Source: Alphaproteobacteria bacterium (GTDB lineage Bacteria; Myxococcota_A; UBA796; GCA-2862545). From it: a DNA stretch of 64,000 bases. Positions 46,808 through 58,000 of the stretch are shown here, in pieces. Below the pieces are notes generated by a model. That model saw only the letters and a program-made list of their open reading frames with translations. It made no database searches and had not been told where the DNA came from. The DNA is taken from NCBI GenBank assembly GCA_020632955.1, contig JACKEO010000001.1:403348-467347 (forward strand). The letters are read 5' to 3'. Within the stretch, counting starts at the first letter, position 1, and the number at the start of each line of letters is the position of its first letter. Both the position numbers and the translations under genes were made by a program.

Positions 46808-48067
46808 GTGACGGCGGCGATCCACCGGCTGAGCGGCGAGTTCGTCGACCCCGTGGACGAGGCGGCCTTCCTGGAGGCCACCCACGCCCACCGCCTGCTG
46901 CGCACCCGCCTCGTCTACGCCCTCGGCGCGGTCACCTGGCTGCTCTTCCTGGTGTCGGACCTGACCATCGCCGACCCGGCCACGCGCGCGCTGTGCGCCG
47001 GCCTGCGCGTGGTCGCGGTGCTCCCGGGCCTGGGACTGCTCGTGCTGCGCACCCCGGGCCCCACCACCCTCCAGACCTCCGCGGGCCTGTCGGTGGCCGC
47101 CTGGTTCGCGGTGCAGGGCGTGCTCGACCTCGTCCACCCGCACACCGACGACCGCCTCCTCGTGGCGATGGCCGGCCTCGCCTCGGTGAACGTGCTGTGC
47201 ACGGTGCACAGCTTCCGGTGGCTGGTGGGCTCCACCCTGCTGCTGGTGCTGCCCCTCGTGCCGCTCTGGGCTACCGCCACGCAGGCCGACGACGCCGCGA
47301 TCGTGAGCGCCGTGCTGCTGTCGGCGGCGATGATCGCGGCCAGCCTCTACTTCCACGGCACCTTCAACACCGTGATGCGGCAGCGCCAGCGTGCGCTCTG
47401 GCAGGTGGAGGCCCAGGTGGGCGCCCGCGAGCGCCTGCTGTCGGCGCTGGCCCACGAGCTGCGCACGCCGATGGCCAAGGCACGCATGCGCGTGGCGCTG
47501 GCCCAGGACGCCCCGCAGCGACGGGAGGAGCACCTCACCCGGATCGACGCCGACCTCGAGCACCTCACCGACCTCGTCGACGGGGTCTTCCGGCTGGGCA
47601 AGCTCGACGAGAGCGCGCGCACCTCGGTGCGGGAGCCCGTGTCCTGCCGCGCGCTGGTGCGCGCCGCGGCGGAGTCCCTCGGCGGCCTGTCCCCCGACGT
47701 GGAGGTGGAGGTGGGCGACCTCCCCCCCACCCCTCTGCTCGTCGACCACCAGCTCCTGCGCGCCGCCCTGCAGAGCCTGGGCTCGAACGCGGTACGGCAC
47801 GCGCGCGGCCACGTGCGGCTGGAGGCCCACCCCGTGGATCAGGGCATGGCCTTCGACGTGAGCGACGACGGGCCGGGCGTGCCCGCCGAGGACCGGGAGC
47901 GCATCTTCGACCCCTTCGTGCAGGCCGGCGCAGAGGGCGAGGCGGGTCACCTGGGCCTGGGGCTCGCCATCGCCCGACGCATCGCAGAGGCGCACGGCGG
48001 CACGCTCACCGTGGACGACGGCCCGCTCGGCGGCGCGCGCTTCCGGCTCGTGGTGGCCACGGGGTGA
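46808..48067 (+). CDS. membrane sensor histidine kinase
   Basis: GTG start at 46808. About 6 TM segments. H-box LSALAHELRTPM, N-box LGSNAVRHA, G1 DDGPGVP, F-box FDPF and G2 GLGLAIARRI are all present. Confidence 0.87.
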   Translation: MTAAIHRLSGEFVDPVDEAAFLEATHAHRLLRTRLVYALGAVTWLLFLVSDLTIADPATRALCAGLRVVAVLPGLGLLVLRTPGPTTLQTSAGLSVAAWFAVQGVLDLVHPHTDDRLLVAMAGLASVNVLCTVHSFRWLVGSTLLLVLPLVPLWATATQADDAAIVSAVLLSAAMIAASLYFHGTFNTVMRQRQRALWQVEAQVGARERLLSALAHELRTPMAKARMRVALAQDAPQRREEHLTRIDADLEHLTDLVDGVFRLGKLDESARTSVREPVSCRALVRAAAESLGGLSPDVEVEVGDLPPTPLLVDHQLLRAALQSLGSNAVRHARGHVRLEAHPVDQGMAFDVSDDGPGVPAEDRERIFDPFVQAGAEGEAGHLGLGLAIARRIAEAHGGTLTVDDGPLGGARFRLVVATG

Positions 48068-49305
48068 GCACCGCGCCTGCCATCGACCCGTGGACCGGTG
48101 CCTTCGTCGATGCGGCGAAGGAGGACGCCTACCTGAGGGAGACGGCCTCGGCGCGCGAGGCGCGGGCCCGCTCGGGCGTGGCCCTCTTCGCCGCGGTGTG
48201 GCTGGCCTGGATCGCCAAGGACGTCATCTCCGCGCCGCAGGCCTGGGGCTGGATCGCGCTCCTCCGCGCGGTGGCGTTGCTCCCCGCGTTGCGTCTGTGG
48301 CGGGTGCCCGCGCACGAGGACCCGCGCATCCTCCAGCGGCAGCTCGCGTGGAACGCCGCCTTCGTCGCCCTCGTCGTGAACGTGCCCACCCTGCTCTACA
48401 CCCACCTCGACGGCCAGGTGATCGCCACCCGCCTGGGTCTCGTGTTCGCGATGACCGCGTGGCTCACCCTGGGTGCGGGCGCGCTGCTCGCCGTGGACCT
48501 GCTCATCGTGATCCCCGGCCTGCTCATCTGGGCCGCGCGGAGCCACCCCACGCCGGGCTCCCTCCTCGCCACGATGCTGGTGCTCCTCGGCACCGTGGCG
48601 GCCTCGGCCCTCTTCCACGCGCTCGCGAACGCCCTCATGCGCGATCACCAGGCGGCCCTCTGGTCGGCCGAGGAGCAGGTGCGTGCGCGGGAGCAGCTCG
48701 TCGAGGCCCTCGCCCACGAGCTGCACCGCCCCCTGGGCACGGCCCGGATGCACGTCCGCCTCGCCCGGGAGCGCCCCGACGCCGCCCCACGCTTCCTCAA
48801 GCACGTCGACAAGGACCTCGAGCGCCTCACCGAGCGCATCTCGAGCGTGCTCCGGCTGGGCCGGGTGCAGCGCGGGGCCCAGGGCACCACCGAGGTGCTG
48901 CTGTCCGACCTGTGTCGTGCCGTGGAGTCCGAGCTGTCCGAGCGCACCCAGCCGGTGCGCCTCGACGTGGTGCTGCAGGCCGACGGCACGGTGCGCGCCG
49001 ACTTCCTGCTCCTCCGCGACGCGGTGGTGAGCCTGGTGGTGCAGGCCCTGGAGCGCGCCACCGAGGGGGTGCGCCTCGAGCTGTCGGCCGGCCACCCGCA
49101 GGCCGCCGTGGTGATCGACGACGACGGCGACCCGCCCGACGCGGAGGCCGACCCGAAGCGCGCGGGCCCCCAGGCGAAGCGCGACTTCAGCGTGGCCATG
49201 GCGCGCCGCATCGCCCAGGCCCACGGCGGCGACCTGCGCATCTCGCGCAGCGCGCTCGGCGGCACCTGCGTCACCCTCACCCTCGCCTCGGCCCTCGGCG
49301 AGTAG
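48064..49305 (+). CDS. paralogous histidine-kinase-like protein with degenerate ATP-binding domain
   Basis: The GTG at 48064 overlaps the upstream stop (GTGA). It has the same N-terminal membrane architecture and an H-box (VEALAHELHRPL). The N-box Asn position reads VVQALERA, and the G2 GxGLGL box is replaced by DFSVAMARRI. Confidence 0.8.
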   Translation: MSTAPAIDPWTGAFVDAAKEDAYLRETASAREARARSGVALFAAVWLAWIAKDVISAPQAWGWIALLRAVALLPALRLWRVPAHEDPRILQRQLAWNAAFVALVVNVPTLLYTHLDGQVIATRLGLVFAMTAWLTLGAGALLAVDLLIVIPGLLIWAARSHPTPGSLLATMLVLLGTVAASALFHALANALMRDHQAALWSAEEQVRAREQLVEALAHELHRPLGTARMHVRLARERPDAAPRFLKHVDKDLERLTERISSVLRLGRVQRGAQGTTEVLLSDLCRAVESELSERTQPVRLDVVLQADGTVRADFLLLRDAVVSLVVQALERATEGVRLELSAGHPQAAVVIDDDGDPPDAEADPKRAGPQAKRDFSVAMARRIAQAHGGDLRISRSALGGTCVTLTLASALGE

Positions 49306-49314
49306 TCCTCCTGC

Positions 49315-50766
49315 TCAGGGCTCCTCGGGACAGCGGTCGTCGACGATGCGGTGGAAGGCGATGCCGCGCGGGGGCAGGTCGACGAAGCGCTGCTCCTGGC
49401 CCGCCAGATCGGGCAGGCGGCCGTCCTCGCCTGCGGTGAGCACCCGGTCGTTGAGGCGCACCACGTCGCCCTGCAGCTCGTCCGACGCGAGGTTCCAGGT
49501 GAAGCCGTACCCCTCCACGGCCAGCGGCACGTCGGCCAGGTTGATCAGCGCGAGCGACAGCCCTCCCTCCGGGTGGCAGTGCGCGTAGGCGCGCAGCTCG
49601 GGGTCGGCGCTCTGCACGTCGACCACCACGGACCCCATCACCCGCTTCCAGATCAGGCTCGCCCAGGCGTCCGGCCGCAGGGCCAGCGTGTCGTCGTCGA
49701 GCAGGCCGTAGTCGCTGCCCGACAGGTTCTGGCGCACCGCCAGACGGTGACCGCGCCGCGCGAGCAGGCCCAGCTGGTCGACCCACCAGGCGGTGCTCGC
49801 CCAGGTGTCGCTCACGCCGGGCTCCCCGCCACACTGGGCGTTGCCGGACTCCCCCAGCCACACCTCGGCCTCCGGCAGGTGCAGGTCGCGCAGGCGCTCC
49901 ACCTCGGCCGCCCACACCGCCGCCTCGTCCAGGGCCTCGGGTTCCTGCAGCAGCTCGGGCGTGGCGGCCCGGGTGGCCACCGGACACCGCCGCCCCTGCT
50001 GCGGGTAGTAGTGCCAGGTGATCGCGTCGAGACCGCCGCCCATCGCGGCGAGCGTGGGCTCCAGGTAGGGCACGATCTCGCCGGCCTCGGGCCAGAAGGC
50101 GACGGACGCCCCCACCAGCGGCACGCCCGGCGTGAGCTCGTCCCGCACGGCCACCGCCACGGGCACGTCGGCCGCATAGGCCTCGGGCGGGTGGCCGAAG
50201 CCCAGCTGCAGCCGGAAGCCGTTCGGCTCGTTGCCGAGCTCCCAGGCGTGCAGGGGGTCGCCGCGGCCGGCCGCACGCGCCGCCAGCCGGCGGGCGGGCG
50301 CGGGATCCCAGCTCCCGTCGGGCAGGCGCGGACCCGGGCCGTCGTTCCAGGTGAACATCAGGTCGAGACCCGCCTCGGTGGCGAAGTCGGCGAGGTCGTC
50401 CCAGCGCGCGAGCTCGAGCACGGCGTCGTAGCCGTCGGGGAGCGGGTCGGGCGCGTCACCGTCCGCGTAGAACAGCCGGTCGGACTCGGTGCCCCCCACC
50501 CGCAGCACGCCGGGCGCGAGCGCTGCGGCGAAGGCCTTCAGGCCGGGCCGCGACAGGTCGTAGGGGGCCACGGGCACCTCGGTCTCCTCGGCGTCGGCGT
50601 CCGGATTCCAGAAGCGCGACCCCACCACCTGGCCCAGATCGACGGCCACGGAGAGGAACCGGGGGTCGACCTCGCCCACCCGGTCGCCGATCCGGAGGTC
50701 GACCACGGTGCCGAGCGGTTCGGGCGCGCAGCCGGTGGCCAGGAGCAGCAGCAGACCGGAGATCAC
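49315..50766 (-). CDS. glycoside hydrolase family 79-like (heparanase/beta-glucuronidase-like) lipoprotein
   Basis: The GTG at 50766 gives (M)ISGLLLLLATGC, a lipobox. WELGNEPN is the acid/base motif, and WLGESGNAQCGG is the nucleophile-region pattern of GH79/clan GH-A. Confidence 0.72.
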   Translation of the reverse strand: MISGLLLLLATGCAPEPLGTVVDLRIGDRVGEVDPRFLSVAVDLGQVVGSRFWNPDADAEETEVPVAPYDLSRPGLKAFAAALAPGVLRVGGTESDRLFYADGDAPDPLPDGYDAVLELARWDDLADFATEAGLDLMFTWNDGPGPRLPDGSWDPAPARRLAARAAGRGDPLHAWELGNEPNGFRLQLGFGHPPEAYAADVPVAVAVRDELTPGVPLVGASVAFWPEAGEIVPYLEPTLAAMGGGLDAITWHYYPQQGRRCPVATRAATPELLQEPEALDEAAVWAAEVERLRDLHLPEAEVWLGESGNAQCGGEPGVSDTWASTAWWVDQLGLLARRGHRLAVRQNLSGSDYGLLDDDTLALRPDAWASLIWKRVMGSVVVDVQSADPELRAYAHCHPEGGLSLALINLADVPLAVEGYGFTWNLASDELQGDVVRLNDRVLTAGEDGRLPDLAGQEQRFVDLPPRGIAFHRIVDDRCPEEP

Positions 50767-50918
50767 GCGACGACCGTCCCCCGCGCCGTGGTGCGCAGCC
50801 CGTCCATGGTTCCCTCCTTCGTGGCCTGCCCGGAGGCTACCCTCTCCTGTCGCCGCGCGCCGAGGGCTTCCACGCCCGGTCAGCGCGCGTCACGCCGCTT
50901 CACGGCTTGGCGAGACCT

Positions 50919-50942
50919 GCCGTCGGCACGCGCCGTCGGCAC
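50919..50942. promoter_or_regulatory. 11-bp direct repeat GCCGTCGGCAC x2 (2-bp spacer) upstream of the OMP-like gene
   Basis: The sequence is gccgtcggcac-gc-gccgtcggcac, 47 nt upstream of ATG 50989. The function is unknown. Confidence 0.2.
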
Positions 50943-50988
50943 CGGCGTCGCTAGGAGCCGCCCGGACTCCAGCCCCGGGACCGGACCC

Positions 50989-51825
50989 ATGCTCCTCGGC
51001 AGCCTCCTCCTCGCCACGGCCCACGCGGGCACCCCCGACGCCGACGACAGCCTGTTCAACCTCGACGACAAGCCCGTGGGCGTCGTGCTCCAGGCCGAGG
51101 TGGGCTTCCTGGCCACGCTGGACCACACCCTGCAGTTCGGCAAGGACGGCACGCGGGTGGACGTGCCCGACGAGCTCGGCCAGAGCACCCTCGCTCCCTT
51201 CCTGCGCTTCCAGGCCGACCTCGACATCGGCACGCGCCGCCGCAACACGATCAGCCTGCTGTACCAGCCGCTCGATCTCACCAGCCAGGTGGCGCCCGAG
51301 CGTGATCTGGTGGTGGGCGACGTCACCTTCCCCGCGGGTCGGGGTCTCGACTTCCGCTACGGCTTCAGCTTCTTCCGCGGCACCTGGCTCTACGACCTGC
51401 TCCCGGCCCGCGACAAGGAGGTGGCGCTCGGCCTCGGGCTGCAGATCCGCAACGCCGACATCGTCTACGCGGCCCGCGACGGCAGCGCGGTGGTGGCCAG
51501 CCGCGACGTGGGGCCGGTGCCGCTGCTCGCCTTCCGCGGCAGGGGCACCCTCACCCGTCGCCTCTGGATGGCGGGCGAGGTGCAGGGCTTCTATGCGCCG
51601 ATCAAGTACCTCAACGGTACCGGCGCCGACGTGGAGGGGGCCATCGCCGACGCGAGCGTCAAGCTCGGGCTGGCCGCACCCAAGGGCACCGACGCCTTCC
51701 TGGCCGTGCGCTACGTCGGTGGCGGTGCGAGCGGCACCTCCAGCGCACCCGACCCGTTCACGGACGGCTTCGTCGACAACTGGGTCCACTTCCTGAGCGT
51801 GAGCCTCGGGGTCCTCCTCCACTGA
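50989..51825 (+). CDS. outer-membrane beta-barrel-like protein (hypothetical)
   Basis: ATG 50989 gives MLLGSLLLATAHA, a short signal peptide. Alternating amphipathic strands follow (GVVLQAEVGFLATL, ISLLYQPLDL, FRYGFSFFRGTWLYDL, VALGLGLQIRN, AFLAVRYVGG). The start is uncertain. Confidence 0.6.
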   Translation: MLLGSLLLATAHAGTPDADDSLFNLDDKPVGVVLQAEVGFLATLDHTLQFGKDGTRVDVPDELGQSTLAPFLRFQADLDIGTRRRNTISLLYQPLDLTSQVAPERDLVVGDVTFPAGRGLDFRYGFSFFRGTWLYDLLPARDKEVALGLGLQIRNADIVYAARDGSAVVASRDVGPVPLLAFRGRGTLTRRLWMAGEVQGFYAPIKYLNGTGADVEGAIADASVKLGLAAPKGTDAFLAVRYVGGGASGTSSAPDPFTDGFVDNWVHFLSVSLGVLLH

Positions 51826-52000
51826 CCGCGCCGCGAAACACGCGCTCGATCGTACGTTTCCGGTACCCACGCAGGGGCGCGGCCCGATCTCGACGGGGAT
51901 CGCCGCGCCTCTCGACCTTTCGTCATGGACCTGTCATGCTGCGAGCGACACGCGTCCTCCCGCTGGGGTGGGCGGTCGCGGCATGCAGGAAGGTCCCGTC

Positions 52001-55000
52001 ATGACGGCACGCGCCACTCCCCGTCCTCCGTCCGGCGTCTCTCCGCTGCTGGGCGCGCTGCTGGTCGCCCTCGTCGGCTGTGCCCCGGGCGATCCGCCAC
52101 AGGACGCCGACACCGCCTCGCCCTCCCAGGACGACACCGTCGCCCTGCCCGTGGACCAGGCCCCCCCGCCCGTGGACTGCGGCAACGGCGTGCTGGACGG
52201 CCTCGAGGAGTGCGACGACGGCAACACCACCTCCGGCGATGGCTGTTCGGCGGCCTGCCGCTTCGACGCCGGCACGCTCACCGTCTGCTCGCTCGCCCGC
52301 GACGGCTCCCCCACCTTCGCCACGCCCACCGTGGTCAACCGCTACTTCCCGGGCACCGCGAGCCAGGCCGTGGGCGATCGGCTGCTCTCGGTGGGCACGG
52401 CCGCAGGCCACGCCACCCCCGTGAAGGCCGGTGACCGCCTCCTCGTCCTGCAGGTCCAGGGGGTGCAGATCAACACGGGCTCCGACGCGAACGCGAACGA
52501 TCCCTACGGCGACGGCGCGGGCGGCAACGACCGCGCCGGCTACCTCGACAACGGCTCGCTCGTGGCGGGCACCTACGAGATCGTGATCGCCACCGGCCCC
52601 GAGAGCGCCGGCAGCCTCCCCGTGCGGGGCGGCGGCCCCGGGGACGGCCTGCGCAACGCCTACGTGTCCGTGGGCACGGTGAACGGGGGCACCGGCGTGC
52701 GTGCCTGGCAGGTGGTGCGCATCCCCCAGTTCGACGACGTGGAGCTCGACGCAGGCGGGTCGATGCTGGCCCTGCCCTGGAACGGCGCGGTGGGCGGCGT
52801 GGTGGCGGCCGACGTGGCCGGCACGCTCACCTTCGACGGCGGCAGCGTCAGCGCGGCGGGCCGAGGCTTCCGCGGCGGGCGCGCGATCACCGCGAACAAC
52901 GACGGTGCAGGCCAGTCGGGCTGGCCCGCGTGGAAGGGCGAGGGCATCGCCGGCCCCCCGGCACAGATGTACGTCTCGGCCACGAACACGTTCGTGAACC
53001 GCGGGAGCACCGGTGTGCCCCTGGCCAGCGGCGAGGGCACGGGCGCTCCGGGCAACGGCGGCGGCAACGCCCGCCTCACCGACGACAGCGGCGGCGGCGG
53101 CGGCGGGCACTTCGGCGCGGGCGGCGTGGGCGGCTCGGGCCAGGACAACCTCGCCAACCGCAACCGCGCGGGCCGTGGCGGCGCGCCGGTGAACGGCCCC
53201 GGCTACTTCGCCATGTCCCCGGCCCGCCTCTTCCTCGGCGGCGGCGGCGGCGGCGCGTCGGGCGACGACCCCATCCCCAACGAGGCGGCGGGGTCCGGTC
53301 AGTCGGGCGGCGGCCTCGTCTTCCTCCGGGCCGCCGACGTGGCGGTGACCGGGGCGGGCGGCACGGTCACGGCGGCCGGCGCGGGCGGCCTCGTGGCTCC
53401 CTCCGAGGGCGGCGGCGGCGGCGGCGCCGGCGGCACCGTGCTCCTCTTCACCGACAGCGACAGCGCGGCGCTGCTCACCATCACGGTGCGCGGCGGCAAC
53501 GGCAACACCTCCACCGAGACCAACGACGGCGGCGGCGGCGGCGGCGGTGGCGGCGTGGTGTACCTGGTCGACACCACGGCCGGCGTGGTCACCACCACGG
53601 GCGGCACCGGCGGCACCTCCAACGGCACCAACCGCGTGGGCGGCGGCGGCACCGGCGGCACCCTGTCGGCGCCCGCGCCACTCCTCGACCTGTACGACTG
53701 CGACTTCGGCCCGGTGGACTCCGACAACGACGGGCTCTTCGACCACGAAGAGGAGCTGCTCGGCACCGACCCCCTCGATCCCGACACCGACGGCGACGGC
53801 CTCACCGACTTCGAGGAGGACCAGGGCGTCACCGATCCCCTCGACGCCGACACCGACGACGACGGCCTCGGCGACGGCGTGGAGGCCGCGGGGCCCACCG
53901 AGCCCGACGACTTCGACTCGGACGACGACGGCCTCGGCGACGGCCTCGAGCTCGGGGTCACCACGGGCGTGCCCGGCGGGGTGAGCGACGGGGAGGAGAT
54001 CCCCTACGCAGGCACCGCCCCCGGCTTCCAGGGCGACACCGATCCCGGGTCCACCACCTTCCCCACGAACGACGACTCCGACGGCGACGGCGTGCTCGAC
54101 GGCGACGAGGACGTGGACGGCGACGGCGCCTTCGACGGTGACCAGCCGGGCCTGGCCAGCGACGAGACCGACCCCCGCAACGCGAACACCGACGGCCAGG
54201 GCGGGAACGACGGCCAGGAGGGCGGCGCGGGCGCCGGCGCGCCCGACACCGACGGCGACCAGATCATCGACGCCCTCGACATCTGCACGGGCACCGACAG
54301 CAGCGGTGACACCGACGGGGACGGCACCTGCGACACCGAGGACCTCTGTCCGCTCGACCCTGCCAAGCTCGCCCCCGGTGCGTGCGGGTGCGGCACCGCC
54401 GACACCGACGGCGACAGCGATGGCCAGCCCGACTGCGTCGACCCCTGCCCGCTGGACAACCCGGACGACTCCGACCTCGACGGCACCTGCGACACCGACG
54501 ACGGCTGCCCCCTCGACATCGGGAAGACGGCCCCGGGCACCTGCGGCTGCGGCACCCCCGACACCGACGGCGACGGCGACGGCACGCCCGACTGCATCGA
54601 CACCTGTCCGTTCGACAACCCCGACGACTCCGATCTCGACGGCACCTGCGACAGCGACGACGGCTGCCCCGCCGACCCGGCCAAGGTGGCCCCCGGCACC
54701 TGCGGCTGCGGCGTGAGCGAGGTCGACGGCGACGGCGACGGCGTGCCGAACTGCATCGACCCCTGCCCCCTCGACAACCCCGACGACGCCGACCTCGACG
54801 GCACCTGCGACAGCGACGACGCCTGCCCCCTCGACATCGGCAAGACGACCCCCGGCCAGTGCGGCTGCGGCACCCCCGACACCGACGGCGACGGCGACGG
54901 CACGGCCGACTGCGTCGACCTCTGCCCGGCCGACGGGGGCAAGACGGTGCCGGGCACCTGCGGCTGCGGCACCCCCGACACCGACAGCGACGGCGACGGC

Positions 55001-58000
55001 GTCCCCGACTGCCTCGACCCCTGCCCGCTGGACGACCCGAACGACTCCGACGGCGACGGCACCTGCGACGCCGACGACGCCTGTCCCGACGACTTCTTCA
55101 AGACCGCGCCCGGCACCTGCGGCTGCGGCCTGTCGGACGTGGACGGCGACGGCGACGGCGTCCCGAACTGCATCGACCCGTGCCCCCTCGACAACCCCGA
55201 CGACGCCGACAACGACCAGGTGTGCGACAGCGGCGACCTCTGCCCGACCGACCCCGACAAGTCCGCACCCGGCATCTGCGGCTGCGGGGTGCCCGACACC
55301 GACGGCGACGGCGACGGCCAGGCCGACTGCGTCGACCCCTGCCCCCTCGACGACCCCGACGACTCCGATCACGACCAGGTGTGCGACAGCCTCGACGACT
55401 GCCCCCTGGATCCCTTCAAGGCGGCCCCCGGCGCCTGCGGCTGCGGCGTCAGCGACGCCGACGGCGACGGCGACGGCATCCCGAACTGCCTGGATCCCTG
55501 CCCCCTCGACGACCCCGACGACTCCGACCTCGACGGCACCTGCGACAGCAGCGACGCCTGCCCGCTCGACATCGCCAAGGTGCTCCCCGGCGTCTGCGGC
55601 TGCGGCGTGCCCGACGACGACGGGGATGGCGACGGCAAGGCCGACTGCATCGATCCCTGCCCGCTCGACGACCCCGACGACTCCGACCTCGACGGCACCT
55701 GCGACACCGACGACGCCTGCCCCCTCGACAGCTTCAAGACCGCCCCCGGCGCCTGCGGCTGCGGCGTGAGCGAGGCCGACACCGACGGCGACGGCACCCC
55801 CAACTGCCTCGACCCCTGCCCGCTCGACGACCCCGGCGACTCCGACGCCGACGGCACCTGCGACAGCGACGACTTCTGCGACGCCGATCCCGGCAAGGTG
55901 ACGCCCGGCGTGTGCGGCTGCGGCGTGGCCGACACCGACGGCGACGGCGACGGGACGGCCGACTGCATCGACACCTGCCCGCTCGACAACCCCGACGATC
56001 CTGACGGCGACGGCACGTGCAGCAGCGCCGACGGCTGCCCCGACGACGGCACGAAGCTGGCGCCCGGCCAGTGCGGCTGCGGCGTCCCCGACACCGACGG
56101 CGATGGCGACGGGAAGGCCGACTGCGTCGACCCCTGTCCGCTCGACAACCCCGACGACACCGACGGCGACGGCGTCTGCGAGTCGGTCGACGCCTGCTTC
56201 GGCGACGACGCCAGCGGCGACGACGACGGCGACGGCGTGTGCGACGACACCGACCCCTGCTTCGGCGACAACCTCACCGGCGACGCCGACCAGGACGGCG
56301 TGTGCGACTCCGACGACGCCTGCTTCGGCGACGACCTCGTGGGCGATGCCGACCTCGACGGCGTCTGCGACGACGAGGACCGGTGCGTCGGCGACGACGC
56401 CACCGGCGACCTCGACAAGGACGGGGTGTGCGACTCCGACGACGCCTGCCTGGGCGACGACGCGCTGGGCGATGGCGACGGCGACGGCCTGTGCGACGGT
56501 CGCGACCGCTGCATCGGCGACGACGCCACGGGCGACACCGACGTGGACGGGGTGTGCGACGACCGGGACGCCTGCTTCGGCGACGACAGCTTCGGCGACA
56601 CCGACGGCGACGACGTCTGCGACGACCTGGACGACTGCATCGGCGACGACGCCACCGGCGACGTCGACCGTGACGGGGTGTGCGCCGACCTCGACCCCTG
56701 CCCGCTCGACAGCCCCAACGACACCGACGGCGACGGCGTCTGCGACAGCGACGACCCCTGTCCCCTCGACAACCCCGACGACACCGACGGCGACGGCCTC
56801 TGCGACAGCCGCGACCCCTGCCCCCTCGACAACCCGGACGACTCGGACGGCGATGGCGTCTGCGACTCCGACGATCCCTGCCCCCTGGATCGGCCGGACG
56901 ACATCGACGGCGACGGGGTGTGCGAGTCGGTCGACCCCTGCTTCGGCGACAACAGCACCGGCGACTCCGACAACGACGGCATCTGCGACGACGTCGACAT
57001 CTGCGACGGCGCCTTCTCGGCCGACGCCGACGCCGACGGGCTCTGCGACGACATCGATCCGTGCCCCCTGGATGCCGACAACGACCTCGACAGCGACGGC
57101 GTGTGCGGCAACCTCGACCCCTGCCCCGAGGACAAGCCGGACGACACCGACAGCGACGGCGTCTGCGACTCCGACGACCCGTGTCCCCTCGATCGGCTCG
57201 ACGACCAGGACGGCGACGGCCTCTGCGACTCCGACGATGCCTGCCCCCTCGACAACCCCGACGACACCGACAGCGACGGGGTCTGCGACAGCGACGACCC
57301 GTGCCCCATCGACCCGCTCGACGACCAGGACGGCGACGGCCTCTGCGACCGCGACGACCCGTGTCCGGTCGACAACCCCGACGACCTCGACGGCGACGGC
57401 GTGTGCGAGTCGGTCGACCCCTGCTTCGGCGACAACGCCACCGGCGACTCCGACGGCGACGGCGTCTGCGACTCCGACGACCTCTGTCTGGGCGACGACG
57501 CCACGGGCGATCCCGACGGCGACCGTCTGTGCAACGACACCGAGAACACCGAGCAGACCGACCCGGGCGACGCCGATACCGACGACGACGGGCTGTCCGA
57601 CGGCGACGAGGTGCTCGGCGCGGGCCTCCTGGCGCCCTTCGGGCCCACGAACCCCCGCGATCCCGACACCGACGCCGACGGCCTCCTCGACGGCACCGAG
57701 GTGGGCGTGGAGCTGCCGCTGCCCGACACCGACCTGTCGGTCTTCGAGCCCGACGCCGATCCGCGGAACACCACCGATCCCACCGACGACGACACCGACG
57801 ACGACTGCCTGGTGGACGGGTCGGAGGACGCCGACCTCGACGGGGCCGTGGCCTTCGACGAGACCGACCCGGGCGACCCCGACACCGACGGCGACGGCGT
57901 GCAGGACGGCACGGAGCTCGGCCTGACCGGGCCCGAGGGCACGGGCACCGACGGCACGATCTGCGTGGTGGACGTCGATCCCACCACCACCACCGACGCG

